Positions 48,076 to 56,835 of a stretch of DNA of 64,000 bases are shown here, piece after piece. Position 1 is the first letter of the stretch. The number at the start of each line of letters is the position of its first letter. The translations under genes were made by a program, and so were the position numbers. The notes under the pieces are model-generated. The model had not been told where the DNA came from and did not search any database. It saw only the letters and a program-made list of their open reading frames with translations. The stretch comes from a virus: IMG/VR virus record IMGVR_UViG_3300039074_000056, positions 16,926 through 80,925 of that record; one strand, given 5' to 3'.

Positions 48076-48645
48076 ATGAGCGAATTGAAGATGCGGGAGG
48101 CTTTGGAGTGCATAGTTGAGCGCTTTAGTCCCATTGAAAGCACTTTTGCTTTTAGTAGGCGCATGGCAATCAAGAAATGCCGCGAAGCCCTATCCCAGCG
48201 CGAGGCGCATCCGGTAGTCGCCCGTGTCGGCGTTGGTGAGTATGTGGTGGCAATGAGCGATGGTAGTGACCTACCTGCTGGCGAGATTAAGGTGACAGCC
48301 AAGCGCGAGGCGCAGGAGCCGGTGGCAGAGATTCGCACAGAGGATGTTGGTCATCCATATAACGCCATGCGAGTTGCGGTGCATTTTTTCAGTGAAGTTC
48401 CACCCGTCGGTACAAAGTTCTACACCGCCCCACCATCGCGTGAAGTGCCGGTGGAGTGGGTGGAAGTCATGCGGGGTCTGGTTGAATGTGCCAGAGACGA
48501 ACTTGTGCGATGCGAAGGCATGAAGTGCCGAGAGCCTAACTGTATTTCGTGCAACGATGAGCAGGAGGCGTTAAGCAGTATTGAGCGCAGTCGTGAGTTT
48601 ACTTCCCGCGCCCGCGCCCTTCTCGCCAGCAAAGGGGGGTTGTGA
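48076..48645 (+). CDS. Hypothetical protein (mosaic Ea/Nin-region type)
   Basis: QEPVA...P.GTK.YTAPP motif; GC-rich. Confidence 0.6.
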   Translation: MSELKMREALECIVERFSPIESTFAFSRRMAIKKCREALSQREAHPVVARVGVGEYVVAMSDGSDLPAGEIKVTAKREAQEPVAEIRTEDVGHPYNAMRVAVHFFSEVPPVGTKFYTAPPSREVPVEWVEVMRGLVECARDELVRCEGMKCREPNCISCNDEQEALSSIERSREFTSRARALLASKGGL

Positions 48646-48646
48646 A

Positions 48647-48799
48647 ATGGAACAGCATTGGCTAGAAAAACTGAAGTGGTGGTTATGCGAAAAAGCAGGA
48701 CACCGACTTGATGAAGGCTGGCATTACGAAGGCAAGCACCATCGCAGATGTGCGTGGTGTGGTCGAATTATTAGCAAACCAGAGGAGCTAAGCCAATGA
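48647..48799 (+). CDS. Small protein (DUF1660-like, C..GH...C..CG)
   Basis: LCEKAGH...CAWCG motif. Confidence 0.5.
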   Translation: MEQHWLEKLKWWLCEKAGHRLDEGWHYEGKHHRRCAWCGRIISKPEELSQ

Positions 48800-49101
48800 A
48801 CAGAGAACAGATTGCGGCGCGGATGTGGGCAGAAATTGGCACTGTGTTGGCAGATGATGTCATGACTTTATTCGAAGCCATCGTGCGCGAAGCCGTGGAA
48901 GCGGACAGAAAAGAGTTTGCTGCGGAATCGAGCGCAGACGCTGAGCGGTATCGCTGGCTACGCGCCAACTGGACGACCATTCGCTCACACGCAACAAACA
49001 TAACGCTCGGATTTACAACCGACGGAGAGCCTTGGGCTCAATTTGGGCATGATGTGATCGACGCGGCTATCGACCGCGCTCGCGGGGAGAAAACGGTATG
49101 A
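48796..49101 (+). CDS. Hypothetical protein
   Basis: DAERYRWLR...IDAAID.A motif. Confidence 0.65.
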   Translation: MNREQIAARMWAEIGTVLADDVMTLFEAIVREAVEADRKEFAAESSADAERYRWLRANWTTIRSHATNITLGFTTDGEPWAQFGHDVIDAAIDRARGEKTV

Positions 49102-49367
49102 ACATTCACGAATTGCTTGAGCAAAAGTTCCGCAGCGGGAACGGCGTCGAAGTAAGCAGCGTCCGTATCAGCCGTGCTGAGTGGGAGGCCGCCCAGCCAG
49201 TTGCGGTGCCGGATGGTTTTGTGCTGGTGCCGAGCGCACTGATCGACGGATTTCCCGAAATCAATCCGAGCAACTATGACCACGACGATGCGTGCGCACT
49301 TAACGCATGGGGTGTCGAGCTGGCTCTCGCCGCCGCCCCGAAGCCCGAGCAGGAGCCAAAGAAATGA
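49098..49367 (+). CDS. Hypothetical protein
   Basis: VPDGFVLVP...LAAAPKPE motif. Confidence 0.65.
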   Translation: MNIHELLEQKFRSGNGVEVSSVRISRAEWEAAQPVAVPDGFVLVPSALIDGFPEINPSNYDHDDACALNAWGVELALAAAPKPEQEPKK

Positions 49368-49744
49368 GAAATGAACGAGTGATAAGCCTTCGCGCACATT
49401 TTGATAGTTGGTGGGTTAGTTGCTGTGAGATGGGGATGTTTGACAAAAAGCATGGGTTGACTGATCGCGGTGTCGCTTGGTTGGCAGTCAGGGCACTGGC
49501 TGAGTTCAGTGCATCGTGGTGCGACCAGCGTATGCGCCACATTGGAGTCATTCATGTCAGCGACGACGCAAAACAAGCCGCTGCTGTATCTGCCGACCTC
49601 TCCCAGAAGCCTGATCAGCAGGAAGCGCAAGAGCTGACGGACGAAGAAATCAAGCATGTATACGATGTACCACATAGCAAACTGCATATTCATGGGTGTC
49701 GCCTATTGATAGCCGCCGATCGAGCCAAGCGAGGTAACAAATGA
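49364..49744 (+). CDS. Hypothetical protein
   Basis: LTDEEI motif; ATGA coupling. Confidence 0.5.
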   Translation: MRNERVISLRAHFDSWWVSCCEMGMFDKKHGLTDRGVAWLAVRALAEFSASWCDQRMRHIGVIHVSDDAKQAAAVSADLSQKPDQQEAQELTDEEIKHVYDVPHSKLHIHGCRLLIAADRAKRGNK

Positions 49745-49995
49745 ATAGCTTTTATCATTGCTGGACACAAGGTAAGCACTACTATGTATCACACGAATGG
49801 AAAGATTATCCAGACGGAGGAGGAACAAACTTCTCTGTCTTTAAGGATTACAAGAGAGCCTATAGACTTCACATGAAGCAATGTCTTAACATTCGTCACA
49901 TGGCTGTTAGATTTCATGCTCCTATGTTTATGCGTAGGAACTTCAAAGCGTATTGTGTTATGGCTTATAAGGAGAGAGTGAGATATGAAAGCTAA
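49741..49995 (+). CDS. Hypothetical protein
   Basis: GAGG RBS. Confidence 0.5.
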   Translation: MNSFYHCWTQGKHYYVSHEWKDYPDGGGTNFSVFKDYKRAYRLHMKQCLNIRHMAVRFHAPMFMRRNFKAYCVMAYKERVRYES

Positions 49996-50302
49996 AATTA
50001 TGCCTTTGCGTGGCAAATACTACGGAACAGAAATTAAAATCTTTGATGAGGATGGTACAGACGAGATTAAGCTTTGGGACTCAGGTGACTTCATTCCCTC
50101 TGAGCGAGAGCTAAAAGCTTGTGGACTTACATTAAAACAGTGGGTTGACAATGAAGAAGTAGCGCTAGATGATGGCAAGACTTTAGCTAAGGCAAAAGAC
50201 ATTCTTGAAATCTGTGACTCTCATTTTGAGAGCGACTTGACTTACAAAAGAGCGTTAAAGATTGTAACAGCAATTAACCTGTACATGGGAGAACAAAAAT
50301 GA
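49985..50302 (+). CDS. Hypothetical protein
   Basis: PLRGKYYGT...PS.RE...D.HFES motif. Confidence 0.6.
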   Translation: MKAKIMPLRGKYYGTEIKIFDEDGTDEIKLWDSGDFIPSERELKACGLTLKQWVDNEEVALDDGKTLAKAKDILEICDSHFESDLTYKRALKIVTAINLYMGEQK

Positions 50303-50631
50303 ATTATGATGCGATGATTACGAGAGTTAAACTTGAGCGAGAAGAGGATTGGGAAAAGTATGTCAAAGAAATTCCATATCTAAGCTTTCCTGATACATGG
50401 AAGGTAAGGTCAATCCCACCATTTGGTGGAGCTATTGTCCGTTACAATATTATCCTTGATTGTGGTATGCACAAGAGCATTTATCTGGATGCTTTTGATC
50501 GTCTTGGGTATTTCGGCAGTCCGTATTGGGAAGTATACCCCTATGAAGGTGATGTTGGTCGTTGCTATATGCAAGATACAGAAAAGCTGATGGAAATGAT
50601 ATCTAACACAGAGGAAGGAGAACAACAATGA
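50299..50631 (+). CDS. Conserved phage protein
   Basis: IP...FP..W....PPF.GA..R...SIYLD....LG....PYWEVYP motif. Confidence 0.65.
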   Translation: MNYDAMITRVKLEREEDWEKYVKEIPYLSFPDTWKVRSIPPFGGAIVRYNIILDCGMHKSIYLDAFDRLGYFGSPYWEVYPYEGDVGRCYMQDTEKLMEMISNTEEGEQQ

Positions 50632-50864
50632 GTAACCCAGCATACGAACATTCCCTTACAATAGATGGAGTATGCCTAATTGTAGAGTACGAGTGGTGTC
50701 CTGTTGATAATGTAATCTGGCAAATCAATAGTATCCGTGTGGAAGGAAGTGATAAAAACATTGAATCATTGCTTTCAGATGGTACGATTGACCAAGTATG
50801 TGCTTCTATCTATTCTTGCCGTAAGGAAGAAGAAGAGGAAGCTAAGTGGGGACATTTGGTATAA
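50628..50864 (+). CDS. Hypothetical protein
   Basis: GGAG RBS; coupled ORF. Confidence 0.55.
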   Translation: MSNPAYEHSLTIDGVCLIVEYEWCPVDNVIWQINSIRVEGSDKNIESLLSDGTIDQVCASIYSCRKEEEEEAKWGHLV

Positions 50865-50887
50865 ATGTATTTAGTAGATTAAAGTTG

Positions 50888-50916
50888 TTGACAAGGATGT
50901 TTAGTTTAACTAAGAT
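50888..50916 (+). promoter_or_regulatory. Sigma70-like promoter
   Basis: TTGACA-17-TAAGAT. Confidence 0.7.
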
Positions 50917-50947
50917 AGCTACACACAAACAAGGCAGGAGATACAAA

Positions 50948-51196
50948 ATGGATTACCAAGACTGTCGCAACCTGATTCGTAAGCACTCTGTTGGAGTTGT
51001 AGAGTTTATTAAAAAGGATGGGTCAAATCGTCGCTTGATTTTCAACAATGAGTTGGGTAAGATGTATTTGAATGGTGGGACATACTCTGCGAAGCACATT
51101 GATTCGTTGGAGCCTGTCTTCGAGGTGACAGCTTCTGGTGAGCCTGTAGGTTGGAAGAGTGTTTCACTTGATAAAATTATTAACTTGAGCGTATAA
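50948..51196 (+). CDS. SH3/WYL-like beta-barrel protein (DUF2693-like)
   Basis: V.F.KKDGS.R...GWKS..LD.I motif. Confidence 0.6.
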   Translation: MDYQDCRNLIRKHSVGVVEFIKKDGSNRRLIFNNELGKMYLNGGTYSAKHIDSLEPVFEVTASGEPVGWKSVSLDKIINLSV

Positions 51197-51207
51197 GGAG
51201 AGCTACT

Positions 51208-51642
51208 ATGGAACTTTCAACTGGTTGGATTGTATTTGTTGTTTATTTGATGGGTCAAATGGATTCCATTATTAGCTTTTTCTTAACTATTACTTTTTGT
51301 GGTTTTTTGCTTTTGGTTGCCCTTGGTATTGGTATTTTATGTAACATGCCAGATGGGTACGACATTAAGCACAGAACAGAGCTTGTCGCCGAGATGGTTG
51401 AGAATAGGAAGAAAATTATTAAGTGCGTAAAACTAACTTTGGTACTTACTTTGATTGCTTTTGCAACAGGTACACTACTTCCAAATAAGGAAACTACAAA
51501 AGAAATGGCTATTTCATTTGGCGCAGCAGAAGTGCTACAATCTGACGCAGCAAAGAATGTTGCTACAGAGATTTCCAAGATTGCTGGTAAGACGGCAGAT
51601 GTTGTTAATAAGAAATTAGACAAGGCTTTAGAGGAGAAATAA
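51208..51642 (+). CDS. Membrane protein
   Basis: TM helices; LP.KET..M motif. Confidence 0.65.
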   Translation: MELSTGWIVFVVYLMGQMDSIISFFLTITFCGFLLLVALGIGILCNMPDGYDIKHRTELVAEMVENRKKIIKCVKLTLVLTLIAFATGTLLPNKETTKEMAISFGAAEVLQSDAAKNVATEISKIAGKTADVVNKKLDKALEEK

Positions 51643-51643
51643 T

Positions 51644-51880
51644 ATGTCAGAAGTTAACAAAAGCCCTTTAGAAATCTATCGCGAGCGTGTTGCTAGTGGT
51701 GAGATTGAAGCCACGCCACGAAAGACATTAGAAGAGCGATTTGCTGATAAACCAACAGTGGGTATGGCTGTTAAATTATTCTGTAAGCACTGTATGGGAG
51801 ATGCACCAACATACAAGACAGACATTAAGAATTGCTCTTCTAAGGTTTGTCCCTTGCATCAATTCCGACCATACAAATAG
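51644..51880 (+). CDS. Small Zn-binding-type phage protein
   Basis: AVK.FC..C.G...I..C....CPL..FRPY motif. Confidence 0.65.
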   Translation: MSEVNKSPLEIYRERVASGEIEATPRKTLEERFADKPTVGMAVKLFCKHCMGDAPTYKTDIKNCSSKVCPLHQFRPYK

Positions 51881-51889
51881 AGGAATAAA

Positions 51890-52483
51890 ATGAAAAAATG
51901 GATAAGCCCAATGACAATCCCAACTGGAAAGTCTAAGACTAAACGAGTTAGGCAATATGCCCTTTGGACTTCTATGGTAGATAGGGTAAAGGCACACAGG
52001 ACAAGTTGTGCGTCGTATGCCGGAACAAGTATATCTACTAATTTTATGGACTATGACTACTTTTACAAGTGGTGTGAGGAGCAAAAAGGATTTAACTCTA
52101 TTGATGAAAATGGTGATAAATACTGTTTGGATAAAGACATACTGTCCCAAGTTGAGAAACAATATAGTGAGTTAAATTGTGTATTTGTTCCATCAAAAAT
52201 TAACTCATTTTTTGTTAAGCAAAAATGCACAAAATATAATCTGCCGACTGGCGTTTCATACTCCCTTAGAGATAAATCTTATGTAGCATCTATAAGGGAC
52301 GCTGATGGAGTTAACTTAAGAATTTGTCAAGACAAATCTGTTGAATATTGCGCCGATGTTTACAAAATATTCAAGAGCATAATTGCAAATGAGCTTGCTA
52401 TGCGTTATTATGGCGATGTTGACGAAAGAGTTATAAAAGTTCTGCAAAACTATTTAGAATATTACGAAAGTAAGGAGAAATAA
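51890..52483 (+). CDS. HNH-like homing endonuclease (same family as 31529-32086)
   Basis: W..M..R...LDKDIL...YS...CVFVP..IN...LPTGV motif. Confidence 0.75.
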   Translation: MKKWISPMTIPTGKSKTKRVRQYALWTSMVDRVKAHRTSCASYAGTSISTNFMDYDYFYKWCEEQKGFNSIDENGDKYCLDKDILSQVEKQYSELNCVFVPSKINSFFVKQKCTKYNLPTGVSYSLRDKSYVASIRDADGVNLRICQDKSVEYCADVYKIFKSIIANELAMRYYGDVDERVIKVLQNYLEYYESKEK

Positions 52484-52484
52484 C

Positions 52485-52688
52485 ATGATTGACACTGGCT
52501 ATTTAGTAGTTGCTTCTCTGGTTTGTTTCATACTTGGTGTTCTTTTTATAGACGCTTTTGGTTACAAAGAAAATCGTTATGATGCTATTGACAGCGTAAG
52601 AGTAGTATGCGAAGCTAGTGGTCTTGAAACAGAGCTTACATACTCAAAAGAAAATTGGTTTACAGCTAAATGCAAAGGAGATAAATAA
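52485..52688 (+). CDS. Small membrane-anchored protein
   Basis: N-terminal TM helix; GGAG RBS. Confidence 0.55.
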   Translation: MIDTGYLVVASLVCFILGVLFIDAFGYKENRYDAIDSVRVVCEASGLETELTYSKENWFTAKCKGDK

Positions 52689-52689
52689 C

Positions 52690-52893
52690 ATGCTATTTGC
52701 ACAGAAACGATTTATCCTAATGGATAGCTTTACAGGTCGTGTTGTCTACGCAAACGATGATTTGGATAAAGTAGTGGACATGGGTAATAAATATTCCTTA
52801 TCTGGTGGTAAGGACTATTCTGTATTCACTAACTTGATGAGGCTTAGCCACACTAAAGTACCAACGCTACAGACATTTGGAGAAGAGCAATGA
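52690..52893 (+). CDS. Hypothetical protein
   Basis: GGAG RBS. Confidence 0.5.
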   Translation: MLFAQKRFILMDSFTGRVVYANDDLDKVVDMGNKYSLSGGKDYSVFTNLMRLSHTKVPTLQTFGEEQ

Positions 52894-53114
52894 ACATGAG
52901 CCTACCACCAGCTTTAGAAAAAGAAGGTAATAAATATTTCTTGACAATGGAATGGACAGCTACGCATGTATTTGTTCGTTATCAAGCTTCCTATCACGAG
53001 GATGATGATTTACTTTCGATGTGGGATAAGCAAGATAAGATGGATAGTCTGCTTGAGAAAGTGGGAAAAGAAGTTAAGAATATGGTTGGTGAGGGTAAGG
53101 TGGTTGTAGTATGA
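52890..53114 (+). CDS. Hypothetical protein
   Basis: Coupled ORF. Confidence 0.5.
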   Translation: MNMSLPPALEKEGNKYFLTMEWTATHVFVRYQASYHEDDDLLSMWDKQDKMDSLLEKVGKEVKNMVGEGKVVVV

Positions 53115-53145
53115 TGTATTCATCAAGACAAAAGGGGAAAACAAA

Positions 53146-53715
53146 ATGTTTAAGATTGGTGATGTTGTGGTAAGAACAGGAAATATATGCAAGAGCTTTC
53201 CTGCTCGTTGCGTGCAAGGCGTTCCCGTAGTTGTATCAAACACCAATAATTTTGGTAGAAGTCTGTTCTTCTCTGAAGAGGATGGTGGTGATTGTGGTGG
53301 TACAGGCTGGGATAGTCGTTTCTTCTCTATCTATGAAAAGAAGCCTATCGACCTAAAGACAATGCCTTGGAAGATTCTTGTTAACTCGCCAGAAGAGTCT
53401 CGTATGGCACAGGAGTGGTTATTCTCTCAAGGTATTAAGTGGGTGGGTGGTAGTAATGTGGTAGATAATCGTGGCTCTCCGATTCTAACAAACTGCATGA
53501 AAGGAACCCTTACACCAGAGCCAAACTTTATGCACAGTTACAAAAATGACGACAGAGATTTAGCACCCACAATCAAGTTGACATTTGGTGTTACTGAGGT
53601 AGAATATCCAGAAATTCCTGCAAAGGAAACAGAAACACAGAAGAAGCTGAAAGAGCTTGAAGAACAACAGCGAAATATTGCTGAAGAGCTTGCAAAGCTT
53701 CGTGAGAGTATGTAA
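53146..53715 (+). CDS. Hypothetical protein (paralog of 56274-56834)
   Basis: FK.GDVVVR...DGGD...PW.IL; coiled-coil C-terminus. Confidence 0.65.
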   Translation: MFKIGDVVVRTGNICKSFPARCVQGVPVVVSNTNNFGRSLFFSEEDGGDCGGTGWDSRFFSIYEKKPIDLKTMPWKILVNSPEESRMAQEWLFSQGIKWVGGSNVVDNRGSPILTNCMKGTLTPEPNFMHSYKNDDRDLAPTIKLTFGVTEVEYPEIPAKETETQKKLKELEEQQRNIAEELAKLRESM

Positions 53716-54120
53716 GATAATGGCATTGAAATGTAAGCTTCCTGAAGAGCTAGTGAAATTCTGGCGAAACCCCTTGTGGGTCGGAGCAGCCAGTAAGCTA
53801 GGTGAAAGCTATTAGCGTAAATACTATCCTGTGAGAAAAGGCTTATACACAGGCGCTACGGCACGACATACCAACTTCCTATTGGTGTAGAATATGCCCC
53901 GTAAGGCAAGGACTTCCGCTCTGGCGAAGTAAAAGGCCAGAAACTACAAGAGTGTCCATTGGAAATAGTGGGAAGTCCGTCACTTCCACCCTTGACGGAA
54001 GGATAACAGTGGGCATTCTTGTGGTGCAAGGTTCAGGTTCCGCTGAGTGAGATAGAGTGATAAACACTCTTCAAAGAACTTTTCAGGTCGCTACTGATTA
54101 TGTCTCAGCCACCACAACTT
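53716..54120 (+). ncRNA. Candidate large structured ncRNA B (about 400 nt)
   Basis: Intergenic; 19-bp helix with G-U pairs; crossing long-range pairings; many hairpins. Confidence 0.65.
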
Positions 54121-54142
54121 TTAATAACAAAGGAGAAACAAA

Positions 54143-54454
54143 ATGCAAGAAGAAAACACAGTAACAGAAGCAGTAAAGCCATCCAAGCGCGAAGTTATCT
54201 TACTTCTAAAGCAAGAGATTGAAGCTCTTAAAGCTACTCTTGCGAAGCAAGTAGAAGAAACTAAGAAGTTTGAAGGCTACTATAAGATGTACCAAGACAA
54301 CGCCAGTAAAGCAGACGCTACAGTAGAAGAGATGCACTGCTTGCTTGATACGCTTCCGGGTGTTGTAGGTCGCAAGACCAGCGAAGATTACTACTCCAAG
54401 CCATACAGCCTTTCAGCTCGCTTCTGTAGCTGGCTTGCTACACGGATTAATTGA
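54143..54454 (+). CDS. Coiled-coil hypothetical protein
   Basis: AGGAG RBS. Confidence 0.6.
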   Translation: MQEENTVTEAVKPSKREVILLLKQEIEALKATLAKQVEETKKFEGYYKMYQDNASKADATVEEMHCLLDTLPGVVGRKTSEDYYSKPYSLSARFCSWLATRIN

Positions 54455-54464
54455 GGAGGTAAAT

Positions 54465-54683
54465 ATGACTCTTAACGAATACATTAGGGAACTCAATGAC
54501 CTTGCAGGACTTAACCCAGAAGTTGGCAATATGCCAGTTGTATATTCAAAGGACTCTGAAGGTAACGGCTTCTATGCTGTGGATAGTCTCCCATGTGTTA
54601 TGAAGTTTGAAAATGAAGGTTCTTATTGCCTTGAACCAGTTGAAGACGACGAAGATGGGTTTGAAGCTGTCTGTGTAAACTAA
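54465..54683 (+). CDS. Hypothetical protein
   Basis: V.S.D.EGN.F motif; GAGG RBS. Confidence 0.6.
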   Translation: MTLNEYIRELNDLAGLNPEVGNMPVVYSKDSEGNGFYAVDSLPCVMKFENEGSYCLEPVEDDEDGFEAVCVN

Positions 54684-54863
54684 GAACAAAGCCCTGAGTA
54701 TGGCTTATAACTGCTCATAATCTCCCATATCTGCTTCATAAATTCCTCTCTAAGAGCTTGAAATACAGCTCTTATGTCCTTGAAAACAAAGCATTTATTC
54801 CAAAATAAATTGCAGGCTTTTCGTTTCAAAATACAAAAAATCTAAAATAAATCGTTTTTCTTG

Positions 54864-54893
54864 TTGACAGAGGTGGGGGAGTTGTTGTATGCT
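54864..54893 (+). promoter_or_regulatory. Sigma70-like promoter with an AT-rich upstream region
   Basis: TTGACA-18-TATGCT. Confidence 0.6.
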
Positions 54894-54925
54894 TCTCTCA
54901 TTGAAACAGCACATGGAGAAACAAA

Positions 54926-55495
54926 ATGTTTAATTGGTTTAAGAATATCAACAAAGAAGTTGTAGAAGAAGCTACTAAGCCAAAAATTAGCTTTGAAATC
55001 TTCTATCTAGGTGACAAATATCTTCATCTTGAGGAAGAGTTAAAGAAAGCTCTTGAAGATAGTGGATTTCCTTCTACCTACTCAGGAGGTGGTACTTTTA
55101 ATTTCTTAGGGTATGCCAGTAATTACGGTTTTCGGAATTTTAAGCGATACACCTTCAATCCTTTTGCTTATGAAGCAAACAAAGCTTTTGTCTCTGACAC
55201 AGAAATCAAAGAGACAGATCGTGTAAAGTCGCCTACAATTAAGCTGTGTCATTCCCTTATCTCAGAGCACGATAGTTGGGGTTATGAATATTCTGAAGAT
55301 GGCTGCAAGCGTTATTGGCACTACAAAAACAATGGTCGCGTGTTGATCAATAACAACACCACATGCGATTCTTTTAATAGCGCAGAGGCTATATTAATTA
55401 AGTATTTTCAAAATAAGTGGTTGACAAAACAAGCTGAGAACACTAGGATTGCTGAACGTAATCACCTTGAAGCATTATTTGGAGAAACAAAATGA
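54926..55495 (+). CDS. Hypothetical protein
   Basis: GGAG RBS. Confidence 0.6.
   Translation: MFNWFKNINKEVVEEATKPKISFEIFYLGDKYLHLEEELKKALEDSGFPSTYSGGGTFNFLGYASNYGFRNFKRYTFNPFAYEANKAFVSDTEIKETDRVKSPTIKLCHSLISEHDSWGYEYSEDGCKRYWHYKNNGRVLINNNTTCDSFNSAEAILIKYFQNKWLTKQAENTRIAERNHLEALFGETK
55421..55449 (+). promoter_or_regulatory. Intragenic sigma70-like promoter
   Basis: TTGACA-17-TAGGAT. Confidence 0.5.
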
Positions 55496-55986
55496 CAAAC
55501 ACTGCACGATTTACAACAGTAGCAGAAGCTGCTAAGTTCCTTGACAAGCAAGTAGAAGGCTGGGCTAAGAAGATTGACTTGGATTTACTTGATATGGGGC
55601 ACTGGGGTAAATGTGTTCTTGGTCAGCTTTATGGAAACTGGGCAGTTGGTCTTGCTAGGTTTGATTTGAAGTATGGTATTGAAAAAGCTCTTTTTGGGTA
55701 TGAGTATGCAGATAGATTACTAAATGTACCGGAGTGTACCCAACTTTGGATTAAAGAAATCAAAGCTCGTCTTGCTCCCGCAAAGACTCGCCAGCAAGAG
55801 CTTGAAGAAAATATTGCTGCTATGCAAAAAGAGCTTGAGGACTTGAAGAATCCTAAGATCAGTGTTACTCTTAGTAAGTCGGATTGGAAGAATCTTGTAG
55901 ACATTTTACAAACAGTAGGGCGAACAGGTGGCACTATTTCTAGTCTCGCGGAAGTTATTGAAAACCAAGTCGGAGAACAAGCATGA
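55492..55986 (+). CDS. Conserved phage protein
   Basis: A..LD....GW...IDLD.LDM....CVLGQLYG motif. Confidence 0.65.
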   Translation: MTNTARFTTVAEAAKFLDKQVEGWAKKIDLDLLDMGHWGKCVLGQLYGNWAVGLARFDLKYGIEKALFGYEYADRLLNVPECTQLWIKEIKARLAPAKTRQQELEENIAAMQKELEDLKNPKISVTLSKSDWKNLVDILQTVGRTGGTISSLAEVIENQVGEQA

Positions 55987-56171
55987 AACAATTTAGCGTA
56001 GGACAGACTGTGGAGTGCAATGCACACACTTTTTGGATGACGATACAAGACAAGAAGTCAAATGGTAAATACTCTTGCTATTTTGGTTCTGTCGGTAAGA
56101 ATGGCACATTTGAGCATAAGAAATATGCTGGGGAATATGAAGCAAAAGACTTGCGGGAGTATAAGTGGTAG
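55983..56171 (+). CDS. YodC/DUF2158-like small protein
   Basis: F.VG..V......MTI......C.F pattern. Confidence 0.45.
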   Translation: MKQFSVGQTVECNAHTFWMTIQDKKSNGKYSCYFGSVGKNGTFEHKKYAGEYEAKDLREYKW

Positions 56172-56273
56172 CAATATGAAATTGCAAAAGATACGCAATA
56201 TCTGCTTAGACAGCTTGCCAAGAAGTGCTATAGGGTCTATACTATCCCCATTCAACAAGTAAGGAGAATACAA

Positions 56274-56834
56274 ATGTCTAAATTTAAAGTTGGTGATGTC
56301 GTTGTTCGTGCTGAAGATTTTGACATTACAGGCATGTATGAGTGCTGTACTGGCAAGCCTGTAAAGATCATGGGAATTATTAGAGATCACCTTATCTTTT
56401 GTCCTAAGGATGGTGGCGATGGTTGGTGGGCTGCAAGCAATTTTGAGCTTTACAAGCCTCCTTTCAATCCCCTAGCCGACCCTTGGTACATCCTCACACC
56501 TACAAAAGAAGCATTTGAGGATGCTGTTGCTTGGGCTAAGAGTGTTGGTCTTGAAGATTTTACCTTTTGTATCTACACGGAAGGGGGTTACTATATTCGT
56601 AACTCTGAATACCTGAATATTCGAGCTGTGTCTGGCACTGAGCTTGACTTTAGACACGGCTCTTGCGACAACCACAAACAAATCACCCTCACAAAATCCA
56701 TCTCTTACGAATACAACATCGTAGAAGAGGAAACAGAGGAACAGAAAGAAGCTAAGAAGAAGGCAGAAGAGATCAATGCTGTTCGCATTGAAATGGAAGC
56801 ATTGGCTAAACGATTGAAAGATTTGGAGGGGTGA
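56274..56834 (+). CDS. Hypothetical protein (paralog of 53146-53715)
   Basis: FKVGDVVVR...DGGD...PWYIL; coiled-coil C-terminus. Confidence 0.65.
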   Translation: MSKFKVGDVVVRAEDFDITGMYECCTGKPVKIMGIIRDHLIFCPKDGGDGWWAASNFELYKPPFNPLADPWYILTPTKEAFEDAVAWAKSVGLEDFTFCIYTEGGYYIRNSEYLNIRAVSGTELDFRHGSCDNHKQITLTKSISYEYNIVEEETEEQKEAKKKAEEINAVRIEMEALAKRLKDLEG

Positions 56835-56835
56835 C

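Noticed and set aside
54100-54116. CCACCA suggesting a tRNA or tmRNA 3' end
   Set aside because: No T-arm (GTTCRA) at the expected distance and no matching acceptor stem
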